Shown one piece after another: positions 1 to 8,466 of a stretch of DNA of 64,000 nt (the first letter of the stretch is position 1; each line of letters starts with the position of its first letter). The translations under genes and the position numbers were made by a program. The notes beneath the pieces are model-generated. The model ran no database searches. It worked only from the letters and a program-made list of their open reading frames with translations, and had not been told where the DNA came from. This DNA comes from Bacilli bacterium (GTDB lineage Bacteria > Bacillota_I > Bacilli_A > RFN20 > UBA1709). Where the stretch lies: NCBI GenBank assembly GCA_050949315.1, contig JBMNFL010000001.1:352001-416000 (forward strand), written 5' to 3'.

Positions 1-2994
1 GTTAGTGGCACCAACGAAGTCTCGACGATAGACGTCACCCGCAACCACTGTGCGATTGCTATTTTGACCATTGGTGTAGGTATAGGATGTTCTGGTATCT
101 GCCTCGAAGTTTACCGCCCCACCATTATCGTTAATTTGGTTAGCGGCTAATTCTGCCACGATGTTGCTATGGATTGAAATTCCTAAACAAGCCTTATCGG
201 CCATCGCGGCTTTTAAGTTTTCATGGGTATAAACGTTAACCCCCTTGCTTAAGACAAAGTCAAAGGTTCTCGTCCAAGCTTGGGAAGCCGTTTGCTCATC
301 ATACTGAGCCTTATTGAGATATCTTGGTGTTATGGAAACCCTTAAAGTTTTACCAATATAGTTCGAAGTTTTACCCCCGAAACTCAAAGCATATTTTCCG
401 TTATCTTTCTTCAAAGTAATACCATAAGTTGAAGCAATTGTATTTGTGACATCTTCACCATCAATATAGAATTTGAAATTAAACTCTACCAAAGCATCTT
501 GATAATCACCAGCAAAGTAATTTAAATCTAAATCAAGATAATAGTATTGTTTGTAGTCACCTTCTGTTAAACTGCTCGTATCAGCAACACCAATACAATA
601 TGGCTGGGTCGTATCAATGAAAGTTGCCGCACTTGGTGTTTTAGCATTGTGATAAACATCACCTGCGGTAAAAGTAGAAATTTGCGGAACAATCAAAGCC
701 TTACGACTGTGAGTTGCTCCATCAACCGTAAAGGTTAAATCAAAAGGCGCATTAGTAGGAGTAACAACATTATTCATCTTGATAGCATTCCTACTGTGAT
801 CTAAAAGTTTGGTGTAATGTGAACTATCGGCAAAAACCGCGTAGCCTTCAGTACCAGAAATATAATAGGTTTGGCCAGCAAAATAGATATAGGTTGCCTC
901 ACCTTGAGCATTAACAATTTTAATTTGTGTTCCATCAGGACTATAGACGGTTTCCGAACTTAAATTAATGGTAAAGTTCTGGGTCGAATAAGCGTAAGAT
1001 TCGATATAACCAATTCCCGGAACATTTTTGACCGCGATGATTTCGATATCATAATCCCCAGTCAAAGAAACATTAGCCTTAATCTTTGGTGTAGTCACCG
1101 TAATGTATTTAGTGGCTCCATTCCACTTAACCTTGTAACTATCTACACCTGTAACGGGATCCCAAGTAATTTCATCCGTGTCTTGAGTATAGACAAGAGA
1201 GCCAGAAACAACTTGAGCGGGACGTACATAGAACATGGCATAAATCATCGTTGTTTTAGTATATGTTCTGGTCTCAAAGTTGATAGCCCCTGATTCAAGA
1301 TTATTATCTACCGTCCATTTAATGAATTGATAATCTTGTTTGATTGGATCAGCCGGCTTAGCAATCTTACCATCGTCATCAACTTTAACAAAAGTAATAG
1401 TTCCCTGATTGACCAAAGCAACATACAAATCAGTAACTGTGAAATTAACCACACTTATTTCAGATTCGACCTCACCAGTTACGCCAGTAACAGGGGCTAA
1501 AACTTTGAACTTAATACTGTTTTGACCTTTGCTCAAACCATAGACAGTAAGTTTTGTTCCGCTTGTTTCTTGCCATAATCCGTTATTAATCTGATAGAAG
1601 TATTTGCTGGCAGTAGCTACTGCTGTCCAAGAAATACTGCATTCACTATCCGTATAGGTAACGGTTGTCGGTGCCACCGGTTTAGCCGCAAAGTAAGCAT
1701 GCACATCTACGTCGGCCGTCACCACGGTTGTCGCTTTAAACTCGGTATTATCAGCTAGCACCCATTTAACAAAGACAAAATTGGGCTTGGTTGGTACCAC
1801 TGGTGGTAAAGTAGCGGTTTCGCCATCTTGAACATTATCGCTGCTGTATTTCACGCCATCGACTTTGAAAGTCACCGTGAAACGATCCTCAGGAACGATA
1901 TTGAATTTAAATTCCTTAGTAGCAGTTTCCGATTGTATTTGCTGCTCTTCCCATGTCAGTTTAGAAATCACTCTGATTTCGGCATAATAAGTGACCCCTG
2001 CCGTATACTTAGCATTATTAAGAACAAACTGTGGAGTCTTTAGATTAGTAGCCGTCTCAACAGAAGTTCCATCCATTGTCGTAATTTTAATACCATAATA
2101 ATCAAAATTAGCATCAGTAGAGGCCTGCCAGTAGAGTTTTTGCTCTTGTCCTAACTTAGCATCATTATAAGTTATTCTTTCAACCTTGGCTGGAGCTACC
2201 GGTTTATATTCCCACTTAGCAAAAACACTGATTGTTTGATCTTTTCTGATCGTTGAATCAAAGAAAGTATTAGCTCTTGTCTCATCAAAGACGGTATCAA
2301 AGGTCGTATCAGTATACCAGCCCTTGAAATGGGCATCAACTTTGGTTGGAGCAGCCGGTAAAGTTACCGCTTGATTAAGCACTTCGGCTGTCGCATAATC
2401 CGCTTCCCCATCTTTGAATTTGACCGTGTATTTAGGAGCTACAATACTAAAACTTAAAATAGAACTCGGTTTAGAACTGTCTTCGCCCTCTTTTACAACG
2501 ACACTTGCTTGATAATTACCAACCTCGGTGAAAGTATAAGATAATTTATCAAGGGTTTCCGTCTTTTCTTGACCATCCTTAGTGTAAGTTAGGATGTAAG
2601 AAACATTTTCCCCTGTTTTAGCCTCCCAACTTAAAGTTTCAGTCGTTTTGTTCCACTTTAAATTAGTCGGTGCCGCCGGCAAAGCTTTCCAAGCCGCATA
2701 AAGCGTTACATTGCCTTTAATGGGGGCATCTTTATCAAAGGCATTCGTATACTCTTTATCAGTATACCAGCCAATAAAAACGAAGCCATCACGTTCAGGG
2801 TCTTCCGGTAAAGTTAAATCTTTATCGGCATCAATTTCCATGGTCTGCCACAGCGTTTTGGTATCACGATAAAAATTTACCTTGTAAACGACACCGCTTC
2901 CGCCGCCACCACAACTTGTTAAGCCAATAACCGCCGCCGCTCCAAGGCTTAGGATACATAGAAGACCTAACAAGCGCTTTCTTATTATTCTCAT
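1..2994 (-). CDS. Large surface lipoprotein with alternating InlB B-repeat (Flg_new-like) and FN3-like domains; 3' end runs off the window
   Basis: Not in the ORF track because it is open to the edge. Manual translation from ATG 2994 (RBS AAGGAGGT at 3001-3008) gives MRIIRKRLLGLLCILSLGAAAVIGLTSC (lipobox LTSC), then about 4 modules such as YKVNFY...PEDPERDGFVFIGWYTD...TLYAAW, each followed by an AP..L.W-type FN3-like segment. No stop seen over 998 codons. Confidence 0.85.
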   Translation of the reverse strand, partial: MRIIRKRLLGLLCILSLGAAAVIGLTSCGGGGSGVVYKVNFYRDTKTLWQTMEIDADKDLTLPEDPERDGFVFIGWYTDKEYTNAFDKDAPIKGNVTLYAAWKALPAAPTNLKWNKTTETLSWEAKTGENVSYILTYTKDGQEKTETLDKLSYTFTEVGNYQASVVVKEGEDSSKPSSILSFSIVAPKYTVKFKDGEADYATAEVLNQAVTLPAAPTKVDAHFKGWYTDTTFDTVFDETRANTFFDSTIRKDQTISVFAKWEYKPVAPAKVERITYNDAKLGQEQKLYWQASTDANFDYYGIKITTMDGTSVETATNLKTPQFVLNNAKYTAGVTYYAEIRVISKLTWEEQQIQSETATKEFKFNIVPEDRFTVTFKVDGVKYSSDNVQDGETATLPPVVPTKPNFVFVKWVLADNTEFKATTVVTADVDVHAYFAAKPVAPTTVTYTDSECSISWTAVATASKYFYQINNGLWQETSGTKLTVYGLSKGQNSIKFKVLAPVTGVTGEVESEISVVNFTVTDLYVALVNQGTITFVKVDDDGKIAKPADPIKQDYQFIKWTVDNNLESGAINFETRTYTKTTMIYAMFYVRPAQVVSGSLVYTQDTDEITWDPVTGVDSYKVKWNGATKYITVTTPKIKANVSLTGDYDIEIIAVKNVPGIGYIESYAYSTQNFTINLSSETVYSPDGTQIKIVNAQGEATYIYFAGQTYYISGTEGYAVFADSSHYTKLLDHSRNAIKMNNVVTPTNAPFDLTFTVDGATHSRKALIVPQISTFTAGDVYHNAKTPSAATFIDTTQPYCIGVADTSSLTEGDYKQYYYLDLDLNYFAGDYQDALVEFNFKFYIDGEDVTNTIASTYGITLKKDNGKYALSFGGKTSNYIGKTLRVSITPRYLNKAQYDEQTASQAWTRTFDFVLSKGVNVYTHENLKAAMADKACLGISIHSNIVAELAANQINDNGGAVNFEADTRTSYTYTNGQNSNRTVVAGDVYRRDFVGATN

Positions 2995-3031
2995 AGAAAA
3001 ACCTCCTTTTTTTAATTTTTATACAAATTAG

Positions 3032-3508
3032 CTAGAAATCAGGATCAATCTCAATTGGAATATCCGATGGATCATTCACGATGTAGAGTTTATCGCTGAG
3101 ATTGCTACCATCATTGGTGCTAATTGTAATCTTCACTGATAAGTCAGCTGGCAAGGCCTTACTCGTAGCATCAAAGGTTAGAATAAAGACATTGCGCAGC
3201 GTCACCGCTTCTGGATAATTAGTCGCTAACTTGACATCAATTTCACTGATATCCAAAGTCGCTTCCTCATCATATCTGATATATTCATTTAAATAGATTG
3301 AGTAAGAATCGCCCACTGCAAGTTGGGGCATATCCATATATTTCTTACCATCTTCCCGAATTTTTATCTCTTCGGTTTCAACGTTGAATTCACAATAAGT
3401 TGCCATTTTATAATCACTGGAAGAAGCGGCCTCGCCAAAAAGACCAGTGAGGATAATCCCAATGGCGGCAAAGAGGAAAGCGATAATAATTGTTGTTTTC
3501 TTGTTCAT
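3032..3508 (-). CDS. Membrane-anchored/secreted protein, possible Ig-like (Big_2-like) domain
   Basis: N-terminal basic plus hydrophobic segment; C-terminal KITISTNDGSNLSDKLYIV resembles the end of bacterial Ig domains; RBS AGGAGG upstream. Confidence 0.6.
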   Translation of the reverse strand: MNKKTTIIIAFLFAAIGIILTGLFGEAASSSDYKMATYCEFNVETEEIKIREDGKKYMDMPQLAVGDSYSIYLNEYIRYDEEATLDISEIDVKLATNYPEAVTLRNVFILTFDATSKALPADLSVKITISTNDGSNLSDKLYIVNDPSDIPIEIDPDF

Positions 3509-3517
3509 AATTTCCTC

Positions 3518-5131
3518 CTAAAGTTCCAGGTCACTAAATAGACAGCGTAAATTCAAGTTAAAGAGATAGGCTCTGATTAATAAGAAGACAAAGCTTAGAA
3601 TTGACATAACTATAAAAGCCTTGGTATCGGGATAGATAAAGTAAACTACGGCCGAGATAAGGCCAATGATAAAGGCCAGTAAAAAGCCATAGAGAATGCT
3701 GCGACCAACATTTTTATTGTCGCTAACCTCCCCAACCATCGCATACTCATGCATCAAAGGATTCTTAATATCTAATTGCATTGACCACAGAATATGAGCG
3801 ATATTACAAATGAAGCAGATTACAAACATCTGTAGCAAAGTAATAGGGGCAATAACACCAAATAAACCGACAACCCCTAAGGAAAGAGCAATAAAGATGG
3901 TGCTTATTACCACGTTAGTCGTTAACTTGGCCCAGCAGATTAAATGGGTTTTAGCTGGTGATGTTTTCAGTAAAACAAACTCGCCACCCTCTTTACTCAA
4001 AGCCGTCGCGGCTGATTGATTGGAAGCCGTGATAAATAAAAGACTTAAAACCATGTTCATCCCAATCACAATAATTCGTCCATAACCATTTAAAATCAAA
4101 GCGCCTACAATACCATTTACTAGATACAAGAAGAATGGTAACAAAGCGATAAGGGTATATTCAGAAATCAATTGTCCAAATTTTCTAAAGGACAGCGTAA
4201 ATTCCTTCTGTAAAAAGGCTCTATAAGTACGTCTAGCCTTAAGACTCCGTCTTTTGTGCACCTTTATTCTAGCCCGCTCGCCACTCTGACAAGCCAAACT
4301 AAAGAATAAAGGTTTAGATAATACTAAATTAAGAATTAATAGAACAACGATTACCGCTAAAAGGTAAAGTATAGATACTAAAGTTTTTTGGCCAAAGGCA
4401 AAATCAGCCGCCCAAACATAGAAAAGTGAATTGTTGGCAATTAGACCAGCTGACTTATCAATGGCAATTAAAACTGCGTTGTACATAGCCTTTAAGCGCA
4501 AGGGATCTGGTAAGCTTTGAAGCAAAGAATAAATACCAAATAAGACCCCCACAAAAAGAACAAATACTGTAATTACATAAAGAGCCGTTATCTTTTTAAA
4601 AGCTCTGGTAACAAACATAATTGGAATGCTTATTAGCGAACTTAAAAGCAAGGCAATTAAAGGCAGAATAAAAGTCAAAATTGCTGAGGCCACAAAAAAC
4701 CAAATATTTAGGCCACAGAGAATCCCAAAGCCCAGCATTAAAGGCAGCGTTATGTAAAGGCTTTTTATAAACTCATTGATATAGGCCACGATGAGTTTGC
4801 TATAGAAAACCTCACTACCCTCAGCCGGCATTGATAAAAGAATAGGATTGTCCTTGCTGCCATAAAGTGAAGTAATCATAGAGGACATCAAGGCAATGAT
4901 ATTTAAGAATTGAATCAACACCACCAAAAAGAAGAGGAAGTTTCTAGTTAGAGGAATGTAAAAGAAGGATTTAAAGACCAGAAGAAGGCCAATAAAAACT
5001 CCGGTCATGGCCAAAAGTCCAACAAAGCTCAACACAACTGTTAGACTAACGGCTACTATTCCTTTTTTGGCAAGCTTGAAACGATTACCTAATTGTAAAA
5101 GTACAAGGTTGCGAATTCGATAAAAACCCAT
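3518..5131 (-). CDS. Putative ABC exporter permease (about 12-14 TM)
   Basis: Highly hydrophobic; LLSMP and FLQKEF motifs; lies directly after an ABC ATPase; similar to the 28221-29933 permease. Confidence 0.8.
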   Translation of the reverse strand: MGFYRIRNLVLLQLGNRFKLAKKGIVAVSLTVVLSFVGLLAMTGVFIGLLLVFKSFFYIPLTRNFLFFLVVLIQFLNIIALMSSMITSLYGSKDNPILLSMPAEGSEVFYSKLIVAYINEFIKSLYITLPLMLGFGILCGLNIWFFVASAILTFILPLIALLLSSLISIPIMFVTRAFKKITALYVITVFVLFVGVLFGIYSLLQSLPDPLRLKAMYNAVLIAIDKSAGLIANNSLFYVWAADFAFGQKTLVSILYLLAVIVVLLILNLVLSKPLFFSLACQSGERARIKVHKRRSLKARRTYRAFLQKEFTLSFRKFGQLISEYTLIALLPFFLYLVNGIVGALILNGYGRIIVIGMNMVLSLLFITASNQSAATALSKEGGEFVLLKTSPAKTHLICWAKLTTNVVISTIFIALSLGVVGLFGVIAPITLLQMFVICFICNIAHILWSMQLDIKNPLMHEYAMVGEVSDNKNVGRSILYGFLLAFIIGLISAVVYFIYPDTKAFIVMSILSFVFLLIRAYLFNLNLRCLFSDLEL

Positions 5132-5134
5132 GCT

Positions 5135-7666
5135 TTAACTTCCTTTTTTAACACGTTTTTTGGGGGCTTTTTTAGGACCCGATCTTGCTGAATAGCGTTT
5201 TTTCTTAACTTTCACTTCTTCAGTTATAACTTCTGTTTCCTGAACAGGCTCTTGTTCTTCTTCAACTACTGGTTCTGAAACAGTTTCCTTTTCTTCTTCA
5301 ACCACTGGTTCTGAAACAGTTTCCTTTTCTTCTTCAACCACTGGTTCTGAAACAGCTTCTTTTTCTTCTACAAGCGGAACTGGTTTAGAAATTTCTTCTT
5401 CGGAAACTGTGGTTTCAGTTTGAATCTCATCTTCTATACGCTTACCATCAACATCCGTGACAAGATTTTGGGTCGCGACATATTTCATATAGAGTTGTTC
5501 CAAACTCATTCCTTCTTCTCCAAGTTTTTTAATCTCCCATTCACCAATCAGCTTTCCATGACCGATGATACAGATCTTATCACAAATCTTTTCTACCACT
5601 TCAATGACGTGGCTACTGAAGAAAACGATGTTGCCACGATTGGCATGGTCACGCATACATTCCTTAATTTGGAAAGAACTAGTTGGATCTAGACCTGTTA
5701 AAGGCTCATCTAGGATCCAAACTTTGGGATCGTGCATCAAAGAGGCGATGACGACAATTTTTTGTTTCATTCCATGGGAATAGCCTTTAATCTCGCGATC
5801 AATCGCATCCTGTAAATTAAACATCTTGACATACTTTTCAAATCTTTCTTTCCGTTCTTCTTCGGGGACAAGATAAAGATTGGCGACATAATTGATATAT
5901 TCTCGACCAGTAAGTTTTTCATACACCGCGTGATTGTCCGAGACATAACCAATATTGAGTTTGGCGGCCACAGGTTGTTTTTCAATATCAAAACCACAGA
6001 CAGAAATTGTTCCCTCCGTAATAGTTTGGATACCGACTATCGACTTTATCGTGGTGGATTTACCCGCACCATTATGTCCAAGGAAGCCATAGACATCCCC
6101 GCCTCTAATGGTAAGTGAGAAATCGTCAACCGATCTTACTTTGGACCCACTATAAATTTTGGTAAAGTTACTAATCCGAATAACATCTTTGTCTTCGGGA
6201 TATAGTGGCTCCGTTTTACTCATTTTATTTTTCATTCTACGTATATTCATCCAACCCAGCCCCTTTTCTTTTTTAATCAAGTGTAAATTGTGATGGTCAT
6301 CTGCTACCCTAAACATACCGAAGTAGAAGAGCCATTCAGCTAAAATAAAGACGGTATAAACAATATAGATACCAATCCAAAAGGTTTTATAAAATCTAAA
6401 GGTGTGCCCATGAATATCAACATAAGTGACATCCTCACGTACATTGGCAAAAAAGCGCCCAACATCTCCAAAAATTCGCTCTGGCACAACATCCTTAGCT
6501 ACATCCACTAACTTGGTTTCATTCATGAAGAAGTAGTTGGCCCCCTCATTCCACCAGTAAGCATTAAGTAAGGTTACTATGGCGTAGTAGCAAGTAAAAG
6601 TTATCATGCACCAGATAATAGCTTTCATGTTTGGCCTAGGGAATAAGCCTATCACCACCGCCACGATAGGTACCGTAAAGATGCTGGCATGCTCAAACCA
6701 GAAGTGCACCCCTAAAGAGGTGAAAAGCGATTTATCAACTGTTGGAGTAAGCATGGCAAAGAAAGCCCCTATCGTATTCACAAAAAATCCAAAGTAGAAT
6801 AAGCGTTTTGATTTAAAGGTAAAGGTGATAACCATCAAAATTACAGCCGCATGACAAAGGTGCAAAGGCATTGTTGATGGAGTAAATGGCCAAGAATAAT
6901 AATAGAAGAACTGCACAAACATGATATAGACAAACATAGTGAGTACATAGTGTTTATCTTTAAATGGTCGATTTCTCAAAGTTATATAAGCCACTATAAT
7001 CGTGGCAAAACAAACCACAAATATGCCGATATGCGTCTTATTGAAATCGCCGACAACTTCGCCAATGTCACCAAATAAATTGCCTAGGGTTCCATAGGGC
7101 ATAATCAGGACACTAAGCACTAATCCATTAATTATCATCAAGAACAGCTGCTTGAAAAACGGTCGCCAGGTGCGACTTAGGAACTTGCGAACTAAATACA
7201 TCGTGCCTAAAGCTAGACCTAAGACACATTCAATAGCAAACTGAATTTCACGTAAGCTGTAGGATGGAATATCAATGTAATCGAGAAAGGCATAAATATT
7301 AATATTGTAATAATAGATATTTAAAAAATAAACAACGGGAACCACAAAGGCTGCAAGGTTTAATAAAGTCCTTCTTTTAAACCAAGGTGCCGTTACTAAA
7401 ACCAGCACACACATCATAGTTACCGCCCTTAAGATGACAAGCACATAATAAACATTCGCAGCAAAGATGCTGTTATTGAAACCAAGTACATCGTCAATCT
7501 TATCTTCTTGGAACAATCTTACGAGATAACAAGCCAAAAAGATCAAGGAAAAAACCTTGGCGGTTACATCAAAGCGCTTACTGGATTTTGTTTTAAAATT
7601 ACCTATTATGTTTAAAAGGATGGCAAGAATTGCTGCTGCAATAAATAGCCATATTCTAACTGTCAC
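5135..7666 (-). CDS. Fusion of YwaF/TMEM164-like integral membrane domain(s), ABC ATPase and an acidic/basic tail
   Basis: PLHLCH and FWFEH motifs in the membrane part; Walker A GHNGAGKST, signature SHGMKQK, Walker B WILDEP and H-loop SSH; GTG start with GAGGT SD 9 nt upstream. Confidence 0.85.
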   Translation of the reverse strand: MTVRIWLFIAAAILAILLNIIGNFKTKSSKRFDVTAKVFSLIFLACYLVRLFQEDKIDDVLGFNNSIFAANVYYVLVILRAVTMMCVLVLVTAPWFKRRTLLNLAAFVVPVVYFLNIYYYNINIYAFLDYIDIPSYSLREIQFAIECVLGLALGTMYLVRKFLSRTWRPFFKQLFLMIINGLVLSVLIMPYGTLGNLFGDIGEVVGDFNKTHIGIFVVCFATIIVAYITLRNRPFKDKHYVLTMFVYIMFVQFFYYYSWPFTPSTMPLHLCHAAVILMVITFTFKSKRLFYFGFFVNTIGAFFAMLTPTVDKSLFTSLGVHFWFEHASIFTVPIVAVVIGLFPRPNMKAIIWCMITFTCYYAIVTLLNAYWWNEGANYFFMNETKLVDVAKDVVPERIFGDVGRFFANVREDVTYVDIHGHTFRFYKTFWIGIYIVYTVFILAEWLFYFGMFRVADDHHNLHLIKKEKGLGWMNIRRMKNKMSKTEPLYPEDKDVIRISNFTKIYSGSKVRSVDDFSLTIRGGDVYGFLGHNGAGKSTTIKSIVGIQTITEGTISVCGFDIEKQPVAAKLNIGYVSDNHAVYEKLTGREYINYVANLYLVPEEERKERFEKYVKMFNLQDAIDREIKGYSHGMKQKIVVIASLMHDPKVWILDEPLTGLDPTSSFQIKECMRDHANRGNIVFFSSHVIEVVEKICDKICIIGHGKLIGEWEIKKLGEEGMSLEQLYMKYVATQNLVTDVDGKRIEDEIQTETTVSEEEISKPVPLVEEKEAVSEPVVEEEKETVSEPVVEEEKETVSEPVVEEEQEPVQETEVITEEVKVKKKRYSARSGPKKAPKKRVKKGS
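5255..5362. repeat. 3 x 36-bp coding tandem repeat (EEEKETVSEPVV)
   Basis: Unit ttcttcttcaaccactggttctgaaacagtttcctt at 5255, 5291 and 5327 with 0-2 mismatches. Confidence 0.95.
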
Positions 7667-7674
7667 TATTATTC

Positions 7675-7745
7675 AACCTCACAATCAAAAGGCGCAATAC
7701 GCCCAAAAATGATAGCGTACCTTCACACTATCTGATTATGAGATT
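7675..7745 (-). promoter_or_regulatory. Predicted three-way RNA junction sequestering the SD of the ABC fusion gene
   Basis: On the mRNA, AAUCUCAUAAUCA pairs with UGAUUGUGAGGUU (13 bp including 2 G-U) and encloses the hairpins GAUAGUGU/ACGCUAUC and GGGCG/CGCCU. Confidence 0.7.
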
Positions 7746-7746
7746 C

Positions 7747-8214
7747 TCAGCACAAAAATGTAACGTTAACTATATAGCGTAATGTGTTTTTTCTATTGAT
7801 TAATTTTAAATGATAATAATTTTTAGAAGTGGCTTTTTCTGGTTTATCCTCGCTGTTCGCAACAAGCACTTTCTCGCAGAATATAGTTGAAATCAAAACT
7901 GAAAAGACTAGGGGGAGAATAGTTGTCCCTCTTAGTCCAGCAAAAGAAATTTGTTTTAAGAAGCCGCTGAGACCCTTACTAACGAATAATTCATCGAAAT
8001 TTGCGCTACTTGTTAGGGTTCGGAAGTTGGCAACCAAAAAAGGTAAATCCATGGCCATACAAGTTAAAAGCAAGATACAAATTGAAGAGAAAACGCCAAC
8101 GAGAACAGCAATTATTTTATTTTTAAGACAGCGTCTTAACAATGCGAAAAGGCGCCTTAGTCCAACTATGGTAATAACAATTATTAACGCAATAAACAAC
8201 AAATGGACTAGCAT
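7747..8214 (-). CDS. Small membrane protein (3 hydrophobic segments plus 42-aa tail); candidate regulatory leader/arrest peptide
   Basis: RBS AGGAGGA upstream; a candidate promoter TTGTCT-16-(TG)TAAAAT lies at 8274-8247; first gene of the leftward operon. Confidence 0.7.
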   Translation of the reverse strand: MLVHLLFIALIIVITIVGLRRLFALLRRCLKNKIIAVLVGVFSSICILLLTCMAMDLPFLVANFRTLTSSANFDELFVSKGLSGFLKQISFAGLRGTTILPLVFSVLISTIFCEKVLVANSEDKPEKATSKNYYHLKLINRKNTLRYIVNVTFLC

Positions 8215-8391
8215 TCGCTTTTTTCCTCCTCAATCTGCTTTATGACATTTTAACATATATTTTTAAAAAGACAATATCTAAAGATATTATATTTGTATGC
8301 CAATCAAAATTTCTACCAAAATCCCGCCACAATTAAGAAAAGTTTTTTTATGACTTTTTATCCTTTGTTCCTAAAAAACAAGCCGAATACC

Positions 8392-8420
8392 TTGACAAAA
8401 AGGAAGAAAAGTTTTATAAA
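8392..8420 (+). promoter_or_regulatory. Sigma70-type promoter of trkAH
   Basis: TTGACA-17 nt-TATAAA. Confidence 0.6.
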
Positions 8421-8466
8421 TGCAGTATATCTATCAGAAATAGATATACATAACCGAGGTGGACTT

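Noticed and set aside
5255-5362. 36-bp repeats as a CRISPR array
   Set aside because: Head-to-tail with no spacers, in frame inside a CDS, and no cas genes.
7829-8245. 138-aa plus-strand ORF
   Set aside because: Antisense shadow of the 155-aa membrane ORF, which has the RBS, promoter and operon context.
8293-8466. N-terminal extension of TrkA in the ORF track
   Set aside because: It spans the promoter; homology and the RBS begin at ATG 8467.
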